A DNA stretch of 64,000 nucleotides from an uncultured Verrucomicrobiae bacterium (lineage in GTDB: Bacteria; Verrucomicrobiota; Verrucomicrobiia; Chthoniobacterales; UBA10450): the NCBI GenBank assembly GCA_963726745.1, contig CAVSDR010000002.1, positions 96,001 through 160,000 on the forward strand, given 5' to 3'. Below are positions 10,610-20,055 of the stretch, one piece after another (position 1 is the stretch's first letter; the number at the start of each line of letters is the position of its first letter). The notes beneath the pieces are model-generated. The model had not been told where the DNA came from, did no database searches, and worked only from the letters and a program-made list of their open reading frames with translations. The position numbers and the translations under genes were made by a program.

Positions 10610-12031
10610 CTACTTTTCTTCGCTGGTGCGCGCGCGGCAGGTGAGCAGCACCGGCAAGCCGGGATACGGCTCGAGCTCGCGAATCCGTCGCTCGAGGTAA
10701 CGCCCGTAGGTATCGCTCAGGAGTTTCGGCTGATTCACGAAAAGGATGAACTTGGGCGGATCGATCGCGCGCTCATTATCGCCGCCGGCCTGGGTGGCGT
10801 AGAACAACTTGAGCCGCTTGTTCCCGATCGTCGGAGGAAGGGTGGTGTCGAGCGCCGCGCGGAGCATGCGATTGAGCACGCCGGTGCCGATGTGTTTCCC
10901 GGCCGCGGTCTGCACTTCGTCGATCAACTTGAAGAGGCGGTCGACGTTCTCACCGGTTACGGCGGAGGTGATCAGCACTGGGGCGTAGTCGAGGAAGAAG
11001 AGATTCGCGCGTGTCTGGCTAACGAGTTCTTCCTGCGAGGCCTTGGCCCCGCGCTCCGGTTTCACCAGGTCCCATTTGTTCAGGACGATGATCGACGGTT
11101 TGCGCGACTCCTGGATCAGGCCGGCTATTTTTTTGTCCTGCGAGGTCACCCCGCAGGTGACGTCAATCACGAGCACGCAGAGGTCGGCGCGGCGAATGGT
11201 GCGCTCGGCGCGCATGACGCTGAAGACTTCCACCGAAGTGGAATGCTTACTCCGCTGCCGCATCCCGGCGGTATCAATCAAGAGATAAGACTGACCGTTG
11301 CGCTCGTAGGAAATGTCGACCGCGTCGCGCGTGGTCCCGGGGATGTTGCTCACGATCGTGCGCTGATCCTGGAGGACGGCGTTGATCAGGGAACTCTTGC
11401 CGGCGTTTGGCCGGCCGATGATCGCGAGCGCGAGCGGTGGCTTGGCCTCCTCCCTGGGCGTGTCGCTTTCGGTCGCAGTCTCGGCCGGGAGCAGTCGCTC
11501 GATCACCCCTAACAAGTCATTAATCCCGCGACCGTGCGCGGCGCTGATCGGGACGGTGCGCTGGAAGCCGAGCTGCGAGAACTCCGCCTCGAGCGGTTCG
11601 TGGTTCGGATGGTCAATCTTGTTCACCACCAACACGACGGGTCGCTTCGATTTCCGCAGCATGCTGGCTAATTCCTGGTCGATCGGCGCAAGTCCATGCT
11701 GCGCATCGACCACGAAGAGGATGACCTCGCTCTCGCGCATGGCGGCGTCGGCCGCGGCGCGGACCTCGGAGTTGAGCTCGGTCTCACCGGCGCCGCCGAT
11801 GCCGCCGGTATCCCAGATGACGAAGGGCCGCGCACCTTTGTTGCAGGGCGCAGCCAGGCGATCGCGCGTGATCCCCGGCTGGTCGTGGACGATCGCGATG
11901 TTGCGCCCGGCCAGGCGATTGAAGAGCGCGGATTTCCCCACGTTCGGACGGCCGACAATGGCGACGCGTAATTGCGGGGAATCTTCCATAAGCTTGCGGG
12001 GCGCGCCGTTATTGGGCGCTTGATTGTCCAT
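10610..12031 (-). CDS. der: Ribosome biogenesis GTPase Der (EngA); start uncertain
   Basis: Two G-domains (GRPNVGKS..DTGG..NKID; GRPNAGKS..DTAG..NKWD) plus KH-like tail. Confidence 0.95.
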   Translation of the reverse strand: MDNQAPNNGAPRKLMEDSPQLRVAIVGRPNVGKSALFNRLAGRNIAIVHDQPGITRDRLAAPCNKGARPFVIWDTGGIGGAGETELNSEVRAAADAAMRESEVILFVVDAQHGLAPIDQELASMLRKSKRPVVLVVNKIDHPNHEPLEAEFSQLGFQRTVPISAAHGRGINDLLGVIERLLPAETATESDTPREEAKPPLALAIIGRPNAGKSSLINAVLQDQRTIVSNIPGTTRDAVDISYERNGQSYLLIDTAGMRQRSKHSTSVEVFSVMRAERTIRRADLCVLVIDVTCGVTSQDKKIAGLIQESRKPSIIVLNKWDLVKPERGAKASQEELVSQTRANLFFLDYAPVLITSAVTGENVDRLFKLIDEVQTAAGKHIGTGVLNRMLRAALDTTLPPTIGNKRLKLFYATQAGGDNERAIDPPKFILFVNQPKLLSDTYGRYLERRIRELEPYPGLPVLLTCRARTSEEK

Positions 12032-12608
12032 GCGCTCCGAGCTGCCGGAAGCCATCCATCACATAGAGGATGCCGGAGACGAGGGTGAAGAACCCGGCCG
12101 CGAACACCACATAGATCAACGGGATGACCATTAACTGCAACATCACCCATGCGATCGCCGTCATTTGCAGGAAGGTCGCCACCTTCCCGGTCCAGCTCGG
12201 CTGCACGTGCACTTTCCCCACGAGAAGATGCAGGATCGCGCTCCCGACGAGGATAACCACGTCGCGGCTGATCACGAGCACCGGGAACCAGGCAGGGAAG
12301 CGGCCGTATTGCGGGTCGACATCGCTCCAGTTGCTGATGCTCAACGTAATGAGCGCGCTCAGGAGCAGGCCCTTGTCGGCGATCGGGTCGAGGATCACGC
12401 CGAGCGCGCTCCGCTGGTTGTAACGCCGGGCAATGTAGCCATCGAGCCCGTCGCTCACCGCCGCGACCAGGAAAATGGCGATCGCGGTGAAGCGCTGCCA
12501 TTCCTCCGGCTCGCCGCGGCGAATACTCTCGCCGTAGTAGATCGCCATCATGACGAACGCCGGGATCATCAGGATGCGGGCGAGCGTGATTTTGTTGGCT
12601 GTGGTCAT
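12009..12608 (-). CDS. pgsA: CDP-alcohol phosphatidyltransferase (PgsA-like)
   Basis: ANKITLARI, DGLDGYIAR...G..LDPIADK motif. Confidence 0.85.
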   Translation of the reverse strand: MTTANKITLARILMIPAFVMMAIYYGESIRRGEPEEWQRFTAIAIFLVAAVSDGLDGYIARRYNQRSALGVILDPIADKGLLLSALITLSISNWSDVDPQYGRFPAWFPVLVISRDVVILVGSAILHLLVGKVHVQPSWTGKVATFLQMTAIAWVMLQLMVIPLIYVVFAAGFFTLVSGILYVMDGFRQLGAHGQSSAQ

Positions 12609-12702
12609 GGGGGCGCGCCGTGCGACTTGAAATTGCCTGCGGCCTTGCGGCCCGCAAATCATTTGGTCTCGGGCAGTGATTGGGTAAAGGTGGGGCCGCA
12701 CC

Positions 12703-12787
12703 GCCGCTGTGGCGAAATGGCAGACGCAACGGACTTAAAATCCGTTTCCATTCACGTGGAGTGCGGGTTCGAGTCCCGCCAGCGGTA
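12703..12787 (+). tRNA. tRNA-Leu (anticodon TAA), long variable arm, CCA not encoded
   Basis: Acceptor GCCGCTG/CAGCGGT, D-arm GCGAAATGGCAGACGC, anticodon arm ACGGA-CTTAAAA-TCCGT, T-arm GCGGG-TTCGAGT-CCCGC. Confidence 0.95.
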
Positions 12788-12874
12788 GGGCCCTGAGCGC
12801 TCGTTAGGCGGCAGGTTCCGGGGCTGCGAAACGGTGGTCGTTTTTTCTATTCTTCGCATGCGGTCCTTTTCTCC

Positions 12875-14038
12875 ATGAGCTTCGGCCTGGCGCTCCCGCC
12901 GCAGCACCGGGTCTACGCCGGTTTTTTCATTTACGCCTTCTGCATGGGGAGCCTGCCGCCGCGTTTTCCCGCGCTGCAGCGGATGATGCAGGTGGAGGAA
13001 GGGGCGTTCGGCCTGGGTTTGATCGGGGTTGCGGCCGGGACGCTTGTCTCCCTGAGCGTGGCCGGGCCGTGGCTCGAACGGCTGGGCTACCGGCGCGCGC
13101 TCCTGGGCCTGATTCCGCTGCTTGCGCTCCTCTACGCCGGCGCCACCTGGGCCACCGGACCGCTCTCGTTTTTCCTGCTCCTGTTTCCAGCCGGGCTGGT
13201 GGTCGGCGGGATCGAAATCATCCTCAATCTCGAGGCCGACCGGACCGAGCACCTGGTCGGTCGACGGATCATGAACCGCGCGCACGCCTTCTGGAGCTTC
13301 GGCTTTTTCACGGCCGGCATTTTCTCCGCCTTAATCGCGCAGCTCGGCGTGCCGCCGCGCGTGCATTTGAGTTTGATGGTCCTGTTGGTGGCCGCGGTGG
13401 TCGCCCTCCTGCTTGGGCGCTTCCAGGCAGCGCCGCATCGCCCGGTGCTGGAAACGGTGAAGCCGCCGCCGTTTGCCCGGCCGACGCGCGCAATCCTCCT
13501 GCTGGTGGGGGTGACGCTCAGCGCGATGATCATGGAAGGAGCGGGGATCGACTGGTCGGCGATCTACATGCGCGACTTGTTCGGGGTGTCCCCATTTCTC
13601 TCCGGGTTTGCCGTGGCGCTGGGCGCGGGGGCGCAGGCGCTCACGCGTTTCTTTGCCGATCCTTTCGTGGAGCGCTATTCCCCGACCACGGTTTCGCGCT
13701 TTCTGCTCGCAGTGCTCGGGGCCGGCGTGGTGGTCGTCTTCTGCGCGCCGCTTGGCGGAATCGCCCTGCTGGGCTTCGCGCTCATCGGCGCCGGGACTGC
13801 GGTCATCTTTCCGCTGGCGATGTCTGCCGCGGCGCAACTGACCGACCGCGCGCCGGCGACCAATGTAGCTTCGCTCGCGCAAATTTCCTTTGTCGCTTTC
13901 CTTCTCGGTCCGCCGCTCCTCGGTTACGTGGCCCAGCATTGGGGTATCCGCTGGTCTTTCGGCATCGGCTTGCCCTTGATCCTCCTGAGTTTCGCATGCG
14001 CCGGCATTCTCCGGGCCCGGCCGCACGCTTCTGCCTAA
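12875..14038 (+). CDS. MFS transporter
   Basis: Multi-TM hydrophobic protein, 387 aa; MNRAHAFWSFG, EGAGIDWSAIYM, LLGPPLLG. Confidence 0.85.
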   Translation: MSFGLALPPQHRVYAGFFIYAFCMGSLPPRFPALQRMMQVEEGAFGLGLIGVAAGTLVSLSVAGPWLERLGYRRALLGLIPLLALLYAGATWATGPLSFFLLLFPAGLVVGGIEIILNLEADRTEHLVGRRIMNRAHAFWSFGFFTAGIFSALIAQLGVPPRVHLSLMVLLVAAVVALLLGRFQAAPHRPVLETVKPPPFARPTRAILLLVGVTLSAMIMEGAGIDWSAIYMRDLFGVSPFLSGFAVALGAGAQALTRFFADPFVERYSPTTVSRFLLAVLGAGVVVVFCAPLGGIALLGFALIGAGTAVIFPLAMSAAAQLTDRAPATNVASLAQISFVAFLLGPPLLGYVAQHWGIRWSFGIGLPLILLSFACAGILRARPHASA

Positions 14039-15546
14039 CGAGCGGAAAGACCCGCGAAAAGGGCGGCGAAAATCTCGATCCCTTCCCAGAGATTCTGCAG
14101 GCGCAGGTTTTCGTCCGCCGCGTGCTGATTGTCGTCGTGATTGGCGATCGGTAGGCCGATCGCTGGAGTGTCGCCCGGTTGCTGGAAAAGATACATCGGG
14201 ATGCTGCCGCCGATCGTCGGCAAGAGCACGGGTTCGCGGCCGGTGGCGCCCAAAAGCGCGATGATCTCGCGCGAAAGCGGGGAATCCAGCGCGGTGCGCG
14301 CCGGCGGGTAGCCTTGCCCCCATTGCACGCGCACGAGCTTGGGAAACTTCCGCCGCGCTGCGGCATCCGGAATTTCGCGCACAACTTCGTAGCCCTGCGC
14401 GCGCAGGTGCGCTTCCACCAGCGGCTGGATCGACTCCGGGGTCTGCGCCGGCACCAGGCGGAAATCGAGCGAAGCGCGCGCCTCGGGCGGGATCGTGTTG
14501 GTCGCCTGCGCGCCGACGTGGCCTGCTTCCAGGCCGCGCACATTCAAGGCAGGCTGCAGCAGGAGTTCGTTCAACGGTCGGCCGCCCCCTTCGGTTCCAG
14601 CGATTTGGAATTCCGCGCGCAGCTCTGCTTCGACCCCGGGGATTTTAGCCAGCGCTTTGCGCTCTGCCTCCGTCGGCGGCCGGACGTCTTCGGCAAATCC
14701 TTTGATCAAGATGCGCCCTTGCTCGTCCCGCATGGAGGCGAGCAGATGCGCCAGCCGCACCGCCGGATTCGGCACCCAATTTCCGTAGTGTCCATCGTGC
14801 AACCCACGGATCGGGCCGTAGAGCGTCAGCTCGAGATCGACCGTTCCGCGCGCGCCAAAGTAGAGCAGCGGCCGGCGGCTTTGATGCACCGGGCCGTCGC
14901 AAAGAATCCAGCCATCCGCCTGCAGCGCCGCGGCGTTTTTCGTCAAATAGCCAGCAAGATGAGGCGAGCCGGATTCCTCTTCGCCTTCGAAAACAAAGCG
15001 TAAATTCACCGCCGGTTTGGTCTTCGCTGCCTGGAGCGCGTCGAGCCCGGCGAGCAGGGCCACGATCGGCCCCTTGTCGTCGCCCGAGCCGCGCGCGTAG
15101 AGCCGCCACTCGGGGTCGATCGCTTTCTCGTCGGTCCAATCGATCTCCTGCCCGGTGGCGTCGCGCATCACTGGCTGCCAGGGATCGCTTTGCCAGCGAG
15201 CCGGGTCGACTGGCTGCCCGTCGTAATGGGCGTAAAACGCGACTGTGCGCGTGGCTCCCGGCACCCGCAGATCGGCCACGACCAATGGCGGCGCGCCTTC
15301 CATCCGGAGCACTTGCACCGCCAGGCCGCGGCGGGCGCACATCGCCTGCAAATGCTCGGCATTCCGCTCGAGCCCCGCGCTGTCGGCGGCCACATTCGGC
15401 AGCCGGAGGAAGTCGGAGAACTCGCCGAGAATTTCGCGCTCATGCGCCGCGCGCCATTCCGCCGCCGGCGAGGCCGGGGCGTGGTTTGCCAGGGCAAAAG
15501 TGACCATCGAGCAGACCAGCAAAGCCTCGTATTTCCATCTGCGCAT
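14035..15546 (-). CDS. M20/M25/M40 family metallopeptidase, secreted
   Basis: YAHYDGQP, ARGSGDDKG, FEGEEESGS, QHAADEN. Confidence 0.9.
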   Translation of the reverse strand: MRRWKYEALLVCSMVTFALANHAPASPAAEWRAAHEREILGEFSDFLRLPNVAADSAGLERNAEHLQAMCARRGLAVQVLRMEGAPPLVVADLRVPGATRTVAFYAHYDGQPVDPARWQSDPWQPVMRDATGQEIDWTDEKAIDPEWRLYARGSGDDKGPIVALLAGLDALQAAKTKPAVNLRFVFEGEEESGSPHLAGYLTKNAAALQADGWILCDGPVHQSRRPLLYFGARGTVDLELTLYGPIRGLHDGHYGNWVPNPAVRLAHLLASMRDEQGRILIKGFAEDVRPPTEAERKALAKIPGVEAELRAEFQIAGTEGGGRPLNELLLQPALNVRGLEAGHVGAQATNTIPPEARASLDFRLVPAQTPESIQPLVEAHLRAQGYEVVREIPDAAARRKFPKLVRVQWGQGYPPARTALDSPLSREIIALLGATGREPVLLPTIGGSIPMYLFQQPGDTPAIGLPIANHDDNQHAADENLRLQNLWEGIEIFAALFAGLSAR

Positions 15547-15650
15547 GCCGCAAGCTCCCGCGCCCGACCGGCTTCGTCGAGCCCGCGCGAAAAACTTTGC
15601 TGCCGGCAGCCGCTGTCCTCGTTAGCTTGTCGGCTAATAACCCCAAGCCG

Positions 15651-16211
15651 ATGAAGAAACTCTACCTCCCGATCCTCCTCGGTACCCCGCGCCAGGGCCG
15701 CCAGAGCGAGCACGTGGCGCATTTCCTCCTCGAGGAAATGCGGAAGCGACCAGAGATCGAAACCGAACTGATCGATGTGCGCGCCCTGAAGATGTCGCTC
15801 GAGGATGCCGGCACCCAAATGCAAGATCCCGAGTATGCGCAGCGGATGGCGCGCGCCGACGGACTCGTGATCGTGGCGCCGGAATACAACCACTCGTTTC
15901 CCGGCCCCCTAAAGCACGCGCTCGACATGTGTCTCGAGGAATACATTCACAAGGCGGTCGCGTTTTGCGGCGTCTCCGCCGGGCCGTTCGGCGGCGCGCG
16001 CGTGATCGAGTCGCTGGTCAATGTCGTCCGCGAGCTCGGCCTGGTCGCGACCTTCACCGACCTCAATTTCAGCCGCGTGCAGGATGCCTTCGATGAAAAC
16101 GGCGCGCTCACGGACGAAAAATACGTCGGCCGCGCGGCCAAGTTCATCAACGAACTCGTCTGGATGGCGCGCGTCCTCCGCGAAGGGCGCGCGCAGGTGC
16201 CGCCGCTGTAA
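15651..16211 (+). CDS. NADPH-dependent FMN reductase
   Basis: [34 protein letters not shown]. Confidence 0.9.
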   Translation: MKKLYLPILLGTPRQGRQSEHVAHFLLEEMRKRPEIETELIDVRALKMSLEDAGTQMQDPEYAQRMARADGLVIVAPEYNHSFPGPLKHALDMCLEEYIHKAVAFCGVSAGPFGGARVIESLVNVVRELGLVATFTDLNFSRVQDAFDENGALTDEKYVGRAAKFINELVWMARVLREGRAQVPPL

Positions 16212-16216
16212 GCGCC

Positions 16217-16567
16217 ATGGTCTTGCGCGAGGAGGATCTGGAGGAATCGTTCGCCCGCTCCAGCGGCCCGGGCGGGCAGAACGTGAACAAGGTTTCCACC
16301 GCGGTCACGCTCCGCCATCGGCCCAGCGGGCTGAGCGTGACCGTGCAGGACTCGCGCTCGCAGGCGACGAATCGCAAGCTCGCGCGCGAGCGTCTCGCGG
16401 CGGCAATCGACGCGGCGCGCGCGCGTTTCTTCGCCGCGAAAAAAGCCGAGCGCGAAAAGAAACGCCGCCAAAACGCGCCCCGCCCGCGCGGGGTCAAGCG
16501 CCGCATCCTGGAGGACAAGCGGAAGCATTCCACGCTCAAAAAACTGCGCAGCGGTCCGGTCGAGTGA
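16217..16567 (+). CDS. Short GGQ peptidyl-tRNA hydrolase / ribosome rescue factor (ArfB or C12orf65-like)
   Basis: [24 protein letters not shown], highly basic C-terminal tail. Confidence 0.85.
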   Translation: MVLREEDLEESFARSSGPGGQNVNKVSTAVTLRHRPSGLSVTVQDSRSQATNRKLARERLAAAIDAARARFFAAKKAEREKKRRQNAPRPRGVKRRILEDKRKHSTLKKLRSGPVE

Positions 16568-16619
16568 GCTTGCTGGCTGATTGACAAGCGCACAGCTTTC
16601 CGCTCCTCATCTGCCGCAG

Positions 16620-17255
16620 ATGGCGCATCTCCAACAGTTGCTGATCTTGCTCCTGCTTTTCGGCAGCGCGCCAGCCCGCGCGGGGATGGATTCCGCCCTG
16701 CAGGCGCGCGGCACCGCCGAGGCCGACGCGGCCTTCGCGCGCGGAACGCTCGAGCTGCAGAATGTCACCGGCGCGTTCTTCTTCTTCGACACCACTCGCA
16801 ATCACCGGCCTTCGGTCGACTTCGCGATCAACAGCCTGCGTCTCGGCACCATGCTCTCCAGCCCGGCCGGCCCGGGACTCCTGCGTGGCAACCTCGAGTT
16901 CCTCGGGGAAGCTTTTGCCGGCGGCATCTTCACTGGCCCGGGCCACGTGCTTGCAGGCGCGACCATGCTCCTGCGCTACAACTTGGTGCAACCCGGCGCA
17001 CGCCTCGTTCCTTACGGCCAGGTCGGCGCTGGCCTGGTCTACACCGACATTCCGGAAGGCGCTTCCGGCGGGCTCATCAGCCTCCCGGTGGAGTTCAATC
17101 TCCAGGCCTCGCTCGGCGCGCGCTGGATGCTCGACCGCACCTGGTCGCTCGTCGGCGAGGTGACCTACCGGCACATTTCCAACGCCACCATCCGGCTGCC
17201 TAATTACGGTATCGACTCGTTAGGCGGCAGCCTCGGCTTTGGCCGGTCCTTCTAG
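16620..17255 (+). CDS. Outer-membrane beta-barrel, lipid A 3-O-deacylase (PagL/acyloxyacyl hydrolase-like)
   Basis: Signal peptide, FNLQ..LG, YRHISNA..PNYG, terminal Phe. Confidence 0.75.
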   Translation: MAHLQQLLILLLLFGSAPARAGMDSALQARGTAEADAAFARGTLELQNVTGAFFFFDTTRNHRPSVDFAINSLRLGTMLSSPAGPGLLRGNLEFLGEAFAGGIFTGPGHVLAGATMLLRYNLVQPGARLVPYGQVGAGLVYTDIPEGASGGLISLPVEFNLQASLGARWMLDRTWSLVGEVTYRHISNATIRLPNYGIDSLGGSLGFGRSF

Positions 17256-18306
17256 ATGGGGCCAAGCGTTCGCCTGGGAGTCATCGGCACCGGCTGGCCG
17301 GGGCAGCAACATGCGCGGGTCATGCCGGCCGTGCCGGGCGCGATTCTGCACGCCTGCGCTGATCTCGAGGAAACGCGCCGCCGCGCTTTCGTGCAGGACT
17401 ACGCGCCCGCGAAATCCTTTGCCGATTACACGGAGATGCTGCGCGATCCGGACGCTCGATGCGGTCATGATTTGCCTGCCAAATTTCCTCCATTTTCCGG
17501 CCTCGCTCGCGGCGCTGGAAGCGGGGAAGCATGTCTTCTGCGAGAAGCCGCCGACGATGAATGCGGCCGAGATGAAGGTGCTCCAGGAACAGGCAGCCAG
17601 TCGTGGCCTGGTTTACTTCTTCGGGCGGCAATTTCGTTTCACCCCGGCGATGCGCGCAGCCAAGGAATTGATCGAGGCCGGCCGGCTTGGGAAGATCTAT
17701 CACGCGAAAGCCACCTGGGTGCGCTCGCGCGGGATTCCGCAGGGAATCGGCGGCTGGTTCACCGAGAAGCAGCGCTCTGGCGGCGGCGCCTTGATCGACA
17801 TCGGGGTGCACGCGCTCGATTCCGTCTGGTATCTCATGGGCACGCCGCGGCCGATCTCGGTGAGCGCGCAGGTTTACCGAAACTTCGAGCATCTCGTCGC
17901 GGGGTCGAAGTTCGATGTCGACGACGCAGCCTTTGGTTTCATCCGTTTCGCCAATGGCGCCGTCGTCGCCCTGGAAACTTCCTGGGCCGGGAATTTAACC
18001 GACGACATCCCGCAAGGCGATGTCTTCGGGCGCGAGCTGAACAACTCTGTCGTTTTCGGCACCAAGGGCACCATCCGGCTGAAGCCGCTGACTCTTTTTG
18101 AAGACCGGGAGGGCGCGCTGGAGACGGTCGCGATCGCGCCCCCGGATGCGGCCGATAGTTTCCAGCTGCAGCTCCAGAATTTTGTCGACGCGATCAGCGG
18201 TCGAGCGGCGCCTGTGAACAGCGCCGAGCAGGCTTACCAGCTCATGGAAATGCTGGACGCGATCTACGCCTCGAGCGCGCTCGGCCGCGAAGTGCCGATC
18301 GCCTAA
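17256..18306 (+). CDS. Gfo/Idh/MocA oxidoreductase (frameshift near 17450)
   Basis: RLGVIGTG N-terminus, then shifted frame with GKHVFCEKP and GGGALIDIGVH. Confidence 0.9.
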
Positions 18307-18431
18307 CGAAGCGAGCGCGCGCTCGCTGCGCGCTTCGGGCCGGGGCCATCGCAAATTAGCCAGCAACTTGACCCGGAACGTATTGGTGGAAATCCAGGCT
18401 CGCTTGGAGCAACGTCCTGCCCCTTCCGCCG

Positions 18432-20034
18432 ATGCTCCTCGACCAGATCAAACGCCGCCGCACCTTCGCGATCATCTCGCACCCGGATGCCGGCAAAACC
18501 ACCCTCACGGAGAAGCTCCTGCTTTACGGCGGCGCGGTGCAGCTGGCCGGCTCGGTGACCGCGCGGAAGAAGCAGCGCGCGACCACTTCCGACTGGATGG
18601 AGCTGGAGAAGCAGCGCGGCATTTCCGTGAGCTCGACCGTGCTGCAATTCGAGTATCGCGATTGCGTGGTCAACCTCCTGGACACGCCTGGCCACAAGGA
18701 TTTCTCCGAGGACACCTACCGCGTGCTCACCGCGGTCGATGCCGCGATCATGGTGATCGACGCCGGCAAAGGCATCGAGTCGCAAACGCGGAAGCTCTTC
18801 GAAGTTTGCCGGCGCCGCGGGGTGCCGATCTTCACGTTCATGAACAAGCTCGATCGCCCCGCGCGCGATCCGCTGGCCTTGATCGATGAACTCGAGAGCG
18901 TCCTCGGGATTGGCGCCAGCGCGATGAACTGGCCGCTCGGCCAGGGGCCGCAATTTGCCGGCGTCTACGATCGCCTCCGCCGCGAGGTCCACGTCTTCGA
19001 GCGCTCGGCGCACGGGACCTATCGCGCGCCGGTTTCTGTCGGCGGGATGGACGACCAGTTTGTGAAGGATCGCGTGGATGAAGCGTCACGTCTGCTCGCG
19101 GTCGAGGAGATGGCGATGCTCGATGGCGCGGGCCATGAGTTCGATCCGGCAGCGCTGGCGCGCGGCGAGCTGACGCCGGTTTTCTTCGGGAGCGCGGCGA
19201 ACAACTTCGGCGTGCAGCTGCTGCTCGACGCGTTTCTCGACTACGCGCCGCCGCCGCAGCCGCGGCCTTCGCGCGGCGTGATGGTCGAACCCGGCGACCG
19301 ACAGCTTTTCCGGCTTCGTTTTCAAGATCCAGGCGAACATGGACCCGCGGCATCGCGACCGGATTTGCTTCATCCGGATCGTCTCCGGCCGCTTCGAGCG
19401 CGACATGCAGGTGACCTTAACGCGCACAGGCAAGATCGTGCGGCTCTCGAATTCGCAGAAGCTCTTTGCGCGTGAGCGCGAGACGGTGGACGAGGCTTTC
19501 GCCGGTGACGTCATCGGCATCGTGGGCAATCACGGCTTCCAAATAGGCGACACTTTGGCCGCCGATCCGACGCTCGCGTTTGACGAGATTCCGCGCTTCC
19601 CGCCGGAGTGTTTCGCCTACCTGCGAAACACGAACACGGCGAAGTCGAAGCGCTTCCGCGAAGGCCTCGAGCAGCTTCTCCAGGAAGGCGTGGTCCAGAG
19701 TTTTTCGTTCCCGCATGCGGCGCAGCGTGTGCCGTTGCTGGGGGCGGTCGGGCCGTTGCAATTCGAGGTGGTGCAGGCGCGGCTCGAGGGCGAATACGGC
19801 GCGGAGGCGAAGGTGGAAACCGCGCCCTGGCAGATCGTGCGCTGGCTGCGCCGGAAAGACGATCAGCCGGTCGCCAACGGGATCGCGCTGCCGACGGGCA
19901 CGACCCTCGCGGTCGATGAAAACAATCGCCCGGTGGTGTTGTTCCCTGATTCCTGGCCGCTGCGCTTTTTCCCGGAGCGCAACCCGGAGGTTGAGCTCTC
20001 CGAGTTGCCCTTCGGCGCAGTTGCCGCGGAATAA
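18432..20034 (+). CDS. prfC: Peptide chain release factor 3 (frameshift near 19300)
   Basis: RRRTFAIISHPDAGKTTLTEKLL, LLDTPGH; C-half NMDPRHRDR..GAVGPLQFEV. Confidence 0.95.
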
Positions 20035-20055
20035 ATCGCCGCTAGAAGTCGCTGG

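Noticed and set aside
12703..12875. tRNA-Leu as an island integration site
   Set aside because: No integrase, no duplicated tRNA 3' end and no obvious compositional shift downstream.
19280..19340. Programmed frameshift in a release factor gene
   Set aside because: Programmed frameshifting is known for prfB, not prfC; there is no CTT-TGA slippery site, and similar indels occur throughout the window.
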